A stretch of DNA of 64,000 nucleotides. It comes from Camelus dromedarius (taxonomy: Eukaryota). The stretch lies in assembly GCF_036321535.1 (NCBI RefSeq), contig NC_087444.1, positions 77,872,001-77,936,000 of the forward strand. The letters run 5' to 3'. Positions 40,466 to 50,876 of this stretch are shown in pieces; position 1 is the first letter of the stretch; each line of letters starts with the position of its first letter. The position numbers and the translations under genes are program-made. The notes under the pieces were generated by a model that ran no database searches, had not been told where the DNA came from, and worked only from the letters and a program-made list of their open reading frames with translations.

Positions 40466-42988
40466 AGAAGGGGAGGCTTAGCCCCAGCAATGGCTCCTCC
40501 CAGGTGGCCCTCAAGTCCATATTAATGGGGCCAGTTGTTCCCGCTGCTGGGGCTGAGCCTGGGGCTGCCCTGGTTGCCTACAGCATCCAGGCGGGGAGAG
40601 ACACAGACAGAACAGTGAGGACGTCCCCTGCGGCTCCCCGGTGCCCAGGCCCTGCACCTGACGTGCTGTGTTTCGAGGAGGCCCCCCTCCCCTGGGCACT
40701 CACAGGAAGACATTACTGTCCCTGTTTCTTGAAGGAGAAACTAGGGTTAGGGCACACCGTCACCCAAAGTCCCAGTAGCAGAGCTGGGACTTAACCCTCA
40801 TAGGGAAAAAAAATGGAGGCACACTAAGAGCTTTCTAAAGGGTCTCATAGTTGTTAAATACTAAAGTATGTAGTTTCTCACTACACTTACAAATATTATC
40901 TTCTTTCCGCCAAATGATACCCTGATAAAGTTATCAGCAACATATTATTAAAGACTGGCAGAAAACCACCTCTGGCTCCATAAGAGAAATGAGAGCTACC
41001 AGATGTGATAAGGTGTAATGTTATGGAATTAAAAAACCAAAACCTCAGTGCCACCACTTGGGGGATTCTGTGTCCTGACCTGAGCATCCGTCACCTCCCT
41101 GGTAAATCAGGGTGGCGCAGCAGCCCAGGGGGAGACTGTGGCTTTGCGACTTCCCCGAGCTCACGGAGCAGCTGACAGCAAAGCTGGGGTCTGAACATGA
41201 GTTAGCATATGCTGGAGACCACGCCTTTGCTTCCCAGGCCTGCTCATCGTCCAGCAGTGCCACCCACCAAGGTCAGCACAGCGGTGGCAGCCTAGAGGGC
41301 GGGCGCAGGGCTCAGGGTGGGGACCACCAGGCGGGCCACGGCAAGGCAGTAGTGGGTGCTGAGGGGCGGCCTGTGTGGTGAAGGCTCCCCATGCCAGCGA
41401 TATTGCCAGGGGTACACTTACCTATGAGCATGTTGTGAACTGTGGCCACTGAGGCCAGCAACAGCAGGTCGACCAGATGTCTAATGTTGCCCTCGCTGGC
41501 CTCAGCTCCAACACATGGGCTGTGGTCCCTCCCACACCCAATGTGCCACGACACAGCCAAGGATAGGGCAGCGTGGGCACAGGTGTGGGGACATCGCAGG
41601 CCTCACCTGTCCATCTTGGATGCCCCCTCACTGGCCTCCCCTCCTGGCCCCCGGCGTCTCTCACTGCCATCTGTCTTTGATTCTCAGTAGCTCCAGGGCT
41701 GTCTCTCCATCGTGCATGCTCTCTCCTCTGCCCCGCTGGTTTTTCTGCCCCTCCCTGGGTTGTCTGTAGCTCTTTCCTCTTCATCGTGTCTGTGACTATG
41801 CCTCCCACCATTCCTGTGCTTCTGAAGGCTTCTCTCACCATCTCTGCCTATTTCACCACCTCTACAGTGTTTCTCAATGTTTGTCTCTCTGACTTTGAAT
41901 GCATGTCTGTCTTGGTCTGGGCGGGTCAATTCCACACATGTGTATGTGTTTGTGTGTATCAGCACATGTGTCCTGGACGTGCATGTGGTGTTGTGGGATG
42001 GCCTGGAAGGTTTCCTGTCTCGTTACTCTCAGGCCAAGAAGGAAGGGTCCAGGGTCCCTTAGCAAAGGTCCAGGGGCGGGGGGAGAGGACCCCCAGGTCT
42101 ATGGAGGATTGGAGGTCAAAGCTCAGAACCCAGGACAGGCAAGGGGCCACCCCTGCATGGCAGGGGCATAACCTTTGCTAACCCAGCTCCAGAAGCGGGC
42201 TCACATCCAAGCCACCAGGAGCCAAGGGCAACATCTGCTGGCCATCTCTGTCCCACTGCCATACCAGCAAGGAATACATCTGGGGCCACCCACTGGCAGG
42301 CTCTGGTCTGGGGATGCTCCACCAGGGGGCGCCAACGCCCTAGGCTGGTGCTGGGAGGCCCTGCTGGAGTGGCGCTCAGGGTGTGTGGTTCCCCACTTCT
42401 GAGCCCTTCTCTGCCTGTCTCCCTGCTTAGTAAGAGTCACCCACAGCTGGGGGCTGGCTTCATCTGATGTTTGTGGAGGACCTGCAGTGCAGGTATTACA
42501 GGGTATTCACAGGCTCCTTTCTCCTATCCTGGCCCTTGGAATTGGGAGTTGGGGGACACATTTAATCATTGAACAAGCATTTGTTGAGCACCTACTGTGT
42601 GCAGAGACTGAGGTTGCAGTGGCAAGCAAGACAAAGACAGTCCGTCCCTGTTGGAGTCTGGAAGGGGGACAGCTGTATAAGAAATGGCCAGTTGGGGATG
42701 TACTGTGAAGGTGCTCAAATTGGACAGAAATTGGAGGCTGGATGGGGGAGGAGTGCTGCTTCGGCCAGAGACACCCTCCCTGAGGTGATGGTTGTCCTGC
42801 ATCCTTAATGGAAGAGATGGCAGCCAGGAGCTTCCCAGGCGGAGGGCATAGCGGGTGCAAAGGCCTTGAGGCAGGAGCAAGCTTGAGGTGAAGTCAGAGA
42901 AGTGGACAGGGGTCAGACCCACAGGGCCTTGTAGGCCAGGTAGGAGCTCAGTTATGAGGGCAAGGGTGATGGGGAGCCACTGAGGGTT

Positions 42989-43557
42989 TGTATGAGTCAG
43001 GGTTCCCCAGAGAAACAGAACCAAGAGGATCTATATGTATCTCTGTATCTCTATCTCTGTCTGTCTGTGTAGCTATCTCTATAGAGAGGTTGTTTATGTT
43101 ACATTACATATATAAAGAGATCCACTATAAGGTACTGGCTCATGCAACTATGGAGGCTGAGAGGCCTCACGATCTACCACCTGCAGGCACCCAGGAGACC
43201 TAGGAGAGCCAGTCGTGTCATTCAAAGGCCTGAGACCCAGAGAGTTGATGGTGCAGGTTCCAGTCTGGGTCTGAAAACCTGAGGACCAGGAGTGGCAAAG
43301 GCAGGCAGACATCAATGCGCCAGCTGAAATGGTCAGGCAGACGTTGAATTCAGCCTTCCTCCACCTTTCTGTTCTGTTCAGGCCCTCAGTGGATTGGGTG
43401 AGGCCCACCCACACTGGGCAGGGCATCAGCTTTACCCAGCCTACTAATGCCAGCTCTTCCGACAGCACCCTCCCAGACACACCCAGAAATCATGTTTCAC
43501 CAGATATCTGGGCATCCTGCAGTCCAGTCCAGGTGACACGTGAAATTAACCATCACA
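42989..43557 (-). mobile_element. MLT2-type solo LTR, reverse
   Basis: TGTATGAGTCAGGGTTCCCCAGAGAAACAGAACC ... GACACGTGAAATTAACCATCACA. Confidence 0.85.
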
Positions 43558-43564
43558 TTTCCTT

Positions 43565-43633
43565 TTAAAAATTTTTTAAATTTGCATTCATTTTTATTGA
43601 AGCATAGTCAGTTTACAATGTTGTGTCAACATG
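43565..43633 (-). mobile_element. 69-bp young L1 3'-end insertion with 10-bp TSD
   Basis: TTTTTATTGAAGCATAGTCAGTTTACAATGTTGTGTCAA is a reversed L1 3' terminus. ACATTTCCTT lies at 43555-43564 and 43634-43643. Confidence 0.75.
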
Positions 43634-46539
43634 ACATTTCCTTGTGATTAACTCGAGATCAGCTCATTAGGACCCTTGATTGCACCTGCCAAGACCCTTC
43701 CATTTTGCCATGCAGCAGAACCTGTCACAAGAGTGAGGTCTACTGGAGAAGAGGGGCTTGTTATACAAGGGTGTGGGTCACTGGGGATCATCACAGAAGG
43801 TGGCAGCCTCTCTTGGGCAGGGGATTTGGTGTGTATCTATCCCTGTTCAGATTTCTGTACTTAAAACAGAGAGATCCATTTTCCCCACACAGATGGGACC
43901 CTCTGAACTGTCCTCCAGGGAGTCTGCCCTGGTTTCCCCCTATCCCGGCTGGCTGGGACGTCTCCTCTGGGTCCCTTGCCCTGGGCAGCCTCCAGGGGCT
44001 CCTGACCATGCATGTGAAACCTGCGAGATGGTCCTTGGATGGAGGTGGACTCTGGGCTGGATACACTCCCAGTTAAATCACTTCCTGGTACAGGATGTTA
44101 CATCACTTCTGGCTCTGTGCCTGGCCAAGAGACTTCAGAGAGCCTTTATTTACTGAGCTCCCCCCACCCCTACACACCAATGAACTGGGGATGATGCCCC
44201 TTCCACATGGAGAGGCCTGGGAGGGCAGGACAGGCTGGAGGGCCCCATGAGAGCCCCAAAAGATGTCAGAAAGGAGCATCCTTAGGCTGTGTGAGGCACA
44301 GGCTGGCCCTATGGCTCCCTTCTCCTGGGACAACAGACAGCAGTGACCTGGGGACTCCTCTGTCTGCCTCCTCCCTTATTTAAAATGTATCTCTGCTCTT
44401 TTCACTCTACTTGTGTGAAAAAGGATATTTTATTTTTGATCTCTGGCCCTGGGAGTTCTGCCTGCTCCAGATACCTCCTTTGTGGGGTGGGGTCGGGGGT
44501 GCTCCTGGGAGAAGTGTCCCCTCTCCCCAGGTCACCCCAGGCCCTAATCCTGTCTTCTCTAGTGACTGCAGGTTGTGCTATCACCAAGGTGATGGATTGA
44601 ATGGCCAAAACCAGAATCAAACGTCCACACAGCAGGACACTCGACCTCTCCCTTCCAGAGGGAAGGGAGGTTGGTTGGGGGGTTCAGGCATCTGGGGTCC
44701 CGGAGCATTGGAGGGGCAATGGTGAGTGGGACCTGTGTTCCTCCTCGACCCTGTAACCCTGTAATCAAAGGGGGCAGGACCCAGACTCTAGTCCTGGCCA
44801 AGCCACGTTAGAGCTGGATCCCAGAAGCCCGGGACACATGCCCCAACCTCCGGAGTGTGGCTGGCAGGCTTGCGGGGGAGGATGTGTGGGGAAGAGGAAA
44901 GGGCCAGTCTCCCCAGCTCCTCCCAGGGTTTCTCTCCCCCTCCTTTGACAAATTCCTCAAGATCAGGGTGCAGACCCTTGCCAATCCTCTTTTGGATAAC
45001 AGCTCTAGGATGGGGGTAAATGGAGAGACACCCCCAGATGCACACAGGGCCTTTGGGGCATGTGACAGCCTAGGTCCCTGGGCAGGGTTGTGTAGGTCTT
45101 GGCCACCTTCAAAGACTGCAGTCCCCACCCCAACCCCGGCCCCTAGGGTGGTGGGGCTCAGTGGGACTGGAGCTGGATGAGACTCATCTAGTTTGGAGGG
45201 AGTCAGTCCCCCCAAAACCTGGGGCGGGGTGTTGTTGGCCAGAAACAGGAATACTGGAGACTGGAGAGGCATATATCCAGTTGTTTGCTTGGTCCCACAC
45301 TGAGGCTTCACTGACTGCCTCCAGCCCTGGACATACCTCCATGCCTGTCTCTCCTGTTTTATTTTTCTCCCAGACACTTAGCAGCACATAGCATGGGACA
45401 TGTGTTATTTATTATGCCTTGTTTATTACCACTCCTTACCCCCTACTGCAGATTTTGTAAAGTCACTGGGACTGGACTTCTGTTGCCCCCTCCCCGGCCC
45501 CCCATCTCTATGTCCCAGCTCCTAGGGCAAGACCTGAGGAGGGTCCTGGGTCAGGACTGAGGATCTGGAAACTACAGGGTCCTAGGAGTCTCTGAGCACT
45601 GGCCTGAGAGCCTCAGATGACTTCTTGTGATATCTGTGTCAGCTGCCTGTCTGTGAGAGGGCCCATGATGTCCCTCGCAGGGCCATGCAGAGGATCCCAC
45701 ATACAAGGCTCCAAGAGGGATCCAGCTCTGGGATGGATGGGGGACAACTCCTCCCATCTGTGTCCCTGCAGAGCCAGACACAGGTTTGGCATCTTGTCAC
45801 TTGCCCCGCAGGGCTGTTACTGTTGTTTTGAAAATGAGCCCGTCAAATCTGCAATCTTTTTTTTTCCCCCAAAGAGGCACCAGGCCCCGAGTGGGAGCCA
45901 GTTGCTCATAGGGGATCCTCCCTCCATCCCCAAGCCTATGTAGTGGGCAGGGCCTGGTGTGTTTAGGAGCCATGGATACAGGTGGGGACAGACCCCAGGG
46001 GGCAGGGCCTGCAGCTCTCTGCTCATCCTAGTCTTCCCCTTCTTTACTCCTCAACAGCTCAATCTGCTCCAGTGTCCCTCCCAGTGCCTCTAGCAGCCTT
46101 CTTTCTGGAGGAGGAGTTAAAAGCTGAAGTGAAAGGAATGCATGGGCTAAGCTGGAAGCCAAAGGTTTCACATGCCTGAATTCACTGGAGACTTCATAAA
46201 GACCCCACAGGGCAGGAACAGGTCCAGCAGCTCAGAACACCCATGAGTCCCAGCCTGCCAGGGGATGGGGTAGGGAGGGCAGGCCTTGGGAAACTATGGG
46301 AGGCTGTAAAAATTCACTTATTCAACAGAATACCTCCTGCTTGTGATCAGGCCCCTTGTTGGTTACTGGGGACACCCGGGTGGCAAAGAGAGACCCTATC
46401 CCTCTGTGATGGAACATAGATGAGTGCCGCTGAGCATGTAATGGGACCCCTCCTAGCGTAGGGGCTTTCCAGTAGGAGTTGAAAAGGGACAGGGGTAATA
46501 TGCAGTGTGGCCCTCAGGCTGAGGAGGATTGTCTTGGAG

Positions 46540-46749
46540 CAGCGGTTCTCACCAAGGAGCTTGTGGCCAGGTCTGGAAATGGCCAGCCATCCTAAGATGT
46601 GGTGGAGGTGAGCTCGGGGACAAGGAATGCTATAGGCCTCTAGTGGGTGGAGGCCAGGATGCTGCTAACCGTTCTACAAGGCACAGGACAGCCCCCATAG
46701 CAAAGAACGATCCGGCCCAAATGTCACTAGTGCCATGGTTGAGAAACTG
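46540..46749 (+). mobile_element. MER20
   Basis: CAGCGGTTCTCA..TAGTGGGTGGAGGCCAGGATGCTGCTAA..GGTTGAGAAACTG. Confidence 0.8.
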
Positions 46750-47099
46750 TTGGATGACCCGCAGAAAAGTCAGTTTGGCTCAGAGGCCGAGGCTGGTGAG
46801 GAATGATCGTGGGAAGGAGGGAGAGTGGATCAGAGACAAACCCATCTTCCCCTAAGCCCCAGGCTGTGGAGGAGGTTCGGGGCCCCTGGTGCTCTGGGAG
46901 GGCCCCTGCACAAGCAGGGCCCAGGTTTCGGAACAACTGCACTCTCGAGCACGTGGGACCTGGTCGGGGCAGGAAGCACTGATGAGGGAAATGGGAGCCC
47001 CGAGGGCCTGGGCATGGGGGCCAGGACAGGAGTGACCACAACCCTGGTGGGCGAGGAGTACTCGGGAACCGCGCTGTCCAGGAGATGTTCTATCCCAGA

Positions 47100-47720
47100 C
47101 GAGAGGGAATCGGTACTAATAAAGGGGAAAATGCGACCCCGCGTCTCGGCCTGGCTTTCCCCAGCCGTGGGCCGACCCCCGTGACCGACCCAAGGACCGG
47201 GCGGTCAGGGTCCCGGGAGAACTACAATTCCCAGGACACCTCGCGCCGACAGCTCCGGGGAGCGCCGCGACGGCCGGCGGCCAATGGGGGGACGGGGGCG
47301 GAGCCTCGGTGCACGTGGCGTCGTGACGCACCGTCGGCGACGCCGGGGTTTGTGTGCGCGAGAGGCCGCCGATAAAGGTTGGGTGCCTCGTGCCGGGGGC
47401 CGTTGGGAGGGAGCGCACCCCCGCCCCCTCCCCGGCCCCCACTCCTGCACCGCAGCTATTGGGGCCCCGCCTTCCCGTCGGCCCCCGCGGGAAGGCCCTG
47501 GGTCTCCCCATCTCGTTCCCCGGTAAGGGCCTCAGGTGAGAGACCGGAGGGGTGGGGGCGGGGGGAGGGACCGGAGGGCGGAGACGTTGGGGAAACGGCG
47601 AACGTGAAACCGGAAGGGATGTCTTAAAGGGAAGGGCTCTATTTCACTTCCGACTCGTGTCGGCCGGGCTGGCTCCGCCCTCTTAAAGAGCAAGGGGCTG
47701 CTTTTTAAAGGGGCGGGGCA
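47100..47720 (+). promoter_or_regulatory. ZNF628: ZNF628 CpG-island promoter and non-coding exon 1
   Basis: ACTACAATTCCCA (ZNF143/THAP11-type) at 47221-47233, CCAAT at 47281, GC box, E-box CACGTG at 47312, TGACG at 47324. Donors CCG|GTAAGG at 47523 and CAG|GTGAGA at 47536. Confidence 0.8.
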
Positions 47721-48149
47721 GGGTGTGCAGTTTACAAGTGCTTCACGCATTTTCCCTCGCCTAAGAATGAATTATCTCTTTAAAGGCCAACGACAGTGTT
47801 CCAGGCACTGAAGGAAAAGTATCTGAATCCTGGTGGCTTCAAAGCAGTTCCTAGTTTAGCTCAACAAGGTGGAGACTGGTGTGCTTTAGCAGCGTCCTCT
47901 TAAAGGGGAAGTCGGGCCGATGGAAGGGTGTGGTCCGGCCTTTTGAAGTGTGTGCTCTTTATTGGTTAAGATGGGTCCGAGCTCTTCCAGACCACGGATG
48001 TCTCCTGTTTAAGGCAAGCCGGCCTTCTGAAAGGCACGTGCTTGTTCCCTAGGATAATCACTTAAAAGGAGTTGCTTACATTTTAAAGGGAACGCTCATC
48101 TTTTTGAAGGGAATCTTTATAGCCTGTCCAGAGGGGCTGCCCAGCTTTC

Positions 48150-49620
48150 TTTAACCCAGGATATGTTCACTGAGCGTTCTCTCTGTGGCAGACGTTACTC
48201 TAGGCGCTGAGATGTAAAAGTGAACAAGATGCCTCTAGTATCTGGTGGGCATAGGTCAGGGATGCTGCTAAACAACTTCCAAGGCAGCCAGCCCCTGGAC
48301 GCTGGTCCAGCCCCAAATCTTAACAGTGCTGAAGCTGGGAAATCCTGATTATAAAGTAGGTTAGACGGTAGTTAACCCTATGGAGAAAAAAATAAGGCAG
48401 AGAAAGACAATAGGGAGTATTGGGAGGGTTTGTAGAGTTAAGTAGGGTGCTCAGGGGAATACCTCCCCGAGGTCACATTTCAGCAGACTGGGAGGTGAAG
48501 GAGGGAGCTCACTGGACATTGGAGGGAAGGGGGTACTAGGCAGGGAGTCGGTGTGAGGGCCGCAGGTGAAAGCAGGTGACTAGGGTGCTGTGAGGGATGG
48601 AGAAGCTATTGGAGGGCAGTCAGGGAGGGGAGGAGGTCGTGGGGCTCGGGAAGTCTGTAGGTTCTTGTAATTGATCTGTCTTCTCTCAAATGAGAGCTGT
48701 GGAAAGCTTTTGCACAGAGGAACGAAATGGCCCATCCTCCGTCTGTTAGTAGTTTGGATTCAGCCTGTGTGTTAGGAACAGACTGGGGGTGGGAAGAGTA
48801 AGGGTAGAGACAGGGAGATCTATCAGGAAGCTGTTGCAGCTGCCCAGGAGGGAGATACTGGTACCCTGGACAAAGGTGGTACTGGGGGACTTGGTGGGAA
48901 GTGGCCAGATTCCAAGGATGCTCCTGCTGGAATCGGGGAATCGGCTGACAGACTGGTCCTGGAAAGTGAAAGAAAGAGAGGTGAGGATGCCCTGAGGAAG
49001 AATAAAGGTGTTTCCAGAGATGGAGAAGACTGTGGGTGAAGGAGCGATTTGGCAGGGACAGAGGGGTGGGGACAGAGCAGGAACGAAAACAGGAGTTAGG
49101 TTTTGGGTATGTTAAGTTTGAGGTGTCTATGAGGCATAGTCTGGCAGGGGTTTAGAGTTCAAAGGAGAGGTGTCAAGTAGAGATCAGTATTGGAATCACC
49201 CCATTTATAGACTGTGAAGTCCCGAGAGTGTGTGAGGGCTTCCAGGGAGAATGTGGACATAGAAGAGGAGGGTTGACAGAGCCCTGGACTCTCCTACCTT
49301 CACAGGTAGGGGGACCAGAAGGACTAGCGACCGAAACAGAGGAGGGATGGGAAGTGAGGAGAGCAGTCTCCCAGAAGCCAAGGGGAGTGGCTTAAGGAGA
49401 GGGAGCCTAAGGCACCCACTGACCACTGAGCAGAGACCACCGGACTTATCTCCACGGAGGCCGTGAGAGGAGGAGGAGGGAGGATCTGACTGATGGGGTT
49501 TGAGATGGGAAAGAGCATGTACTGACAGCACTTTTGAGTTGCTGTGCTGCAAGGAGATAGAAATGAGGCCATAGCTGGAGGAGAAAGTGGGGTGAAGGAT
49601 TTTTGTTGTTTTAAAGATGG
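48150..49620 (-). mobile_element. Long L2 fragment in ZNF628 intron 1 with a MER20 piece at ~48235-48340
   Basis: GGAGTTAGGTTTTGGGTATGTTAAGTTTGAGG, GTGTCAAGTAG, CAGAAGCCAAGGG (L2). GGTCAGGGATGCTGCTAAAC (MER20). Confidence 0.7.
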
Positions 49621-49732
49621 GAGATCTAGCTTTTGGGTACACTGATGGGAATGGTCCAGGAGATGAAGAGATCACTGTAGGTGGGAAGTCAGAGTCTTTG
49701 GGCCCAGAGGCAGGCAGGTGGGGAGGGGTAGT

Positions 49733-49925
49733 GCTGAGTTTCTTGGCTCAGCACCACTGGCATTTTGGACCAGTTCTGTGCTGGGGGGGTCGCTGCCCTG
49801 TGCACTATAGGATGGTGAGCATCATCCCTGGCCTTCACCCACCAGATGCCAGTGGCACCTGCCCCACCAGTGGACAACCAGACAACGAAAACAGTCTCTA
49901 GGCATTGCCAGATGTCCCCCCGGCG
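49733..49925 (-). mobile_element. MER20
   Basis: CTGTGCACTATAGGATGGTGAGCATCATCCCTGGCCTTCACCCACCAGATGCCAGT..CATTGCCAGATGTCCCC. Confidence 0.75.
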
Positions 49926-50024
49926 TCGGGGGCGTGATGGTGGGGGAGATTCCACTGCCCCGTGGAGAGCCACCAGTGTGGCGGTTGGAACGTGGGACTC
50001 TTCTGGTTGCTTTTATTTTCCCAG

Positions 50025-50108
50025 TGACAAGATCAATGGCAGGATCACCTACCTGCTAAGAGCAAGAGGGGAAAGGAGAGAGGTCTGAGGGGAAAAGAAA
50101 CATGTGGA
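50025..50108 (+). other. ZNF628: ZNF628 exon 2 (mostly 5'UTR; ATG at 50102 adds MWS before VMVGSH)
   Basis: Acceptor TTTTATTTTCCCAG|TG, 84 nt. ATG TGG A|GT joins the acceptor at 50872 in frame, analogous to the recalled human MSGVMVGSH. The donor GTATCA is weak. Confidence 0.6.
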
Positions 50109-50876
50109 GTATCACCTGGTATGGGTGGGTGAATGGGCCAGAGGAATGCAGTACCAGCATGCAGGGCAATGGGGAGGGAGCTTTGAGGTTCTTGGGTGTG
50201 AATGCAAAAATTGCCAGTAACCAGCAGCATCTATTGGGGGGGGTAAAGGGGGAAGTGAGGACGTGGATAGGGGGTGGAGGGTGCAGAGCTTGCAGGATCA
50301 GTGGATCATGGTTCTGGTTGAGCCCAGGGATTTTGGGTTAGGGTACCCAGGGGGAATGGTCAAGGGGATGGGGTGCGTGCAGAGTGGGGTGCTCACAGAG
50401 CCTTTGTTTATAGTGAAAGGGTTTTAGGATACGGCAGCGGGCATGGATATTGAGGCAGGAAGGAGGGGGAGGTCTTCAGAGGGAGTGAGGTGAAGGATCT
50501 GAAGCCATGGTGCTGGAGACCCCAGCCTGCTTCAAGAGCACTGCCTATCTTTAGGGGAAGTGAGCCCTAAAGGCAGTGCTTGGCCTCTTAAAGGCCATGT
50601 CCAGCCCCCTAGAGGAGACAGCCGGCATCAGGGGGGTGACCAACTCCTCTCAATTTGCCGTATGTTAGTTACCATTTTAGCACCTGAAGTCTTCCATCCT
50701 GGGCAGCCTCTCAGTCCAGGGCTGACATGGGCCATAGGAAGCCCTAATCCTAAGAGAGGTGCCCCTTGCCTCTTAAAGGGCCAGCGTGTGGGTTTGGGGT
50801 TGAGAGAATTCGGTGTGTGGGTGGAGGTGGGGGGAGCACACGCCCTCCCCTGACCCGGAATCCCTCGTCAGGTGTG

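Noticed and set aside
41300-42500. Apparently unique sequence with several 60-140 aa ORFs between C19orf85 and ZNF628
   Set aside because: No recognisable domain, consistent exon chain or known repeat. A divergent lncRNA cannot be excluded but is not supported from sequence alone.
50766-50876. ORF-track N-terminal extension of ZNF628 (MPLKGPACG...)
   Set aside because: Upstream of the acceptor at 50872, so intronic, and begins at a non-ATG codon.
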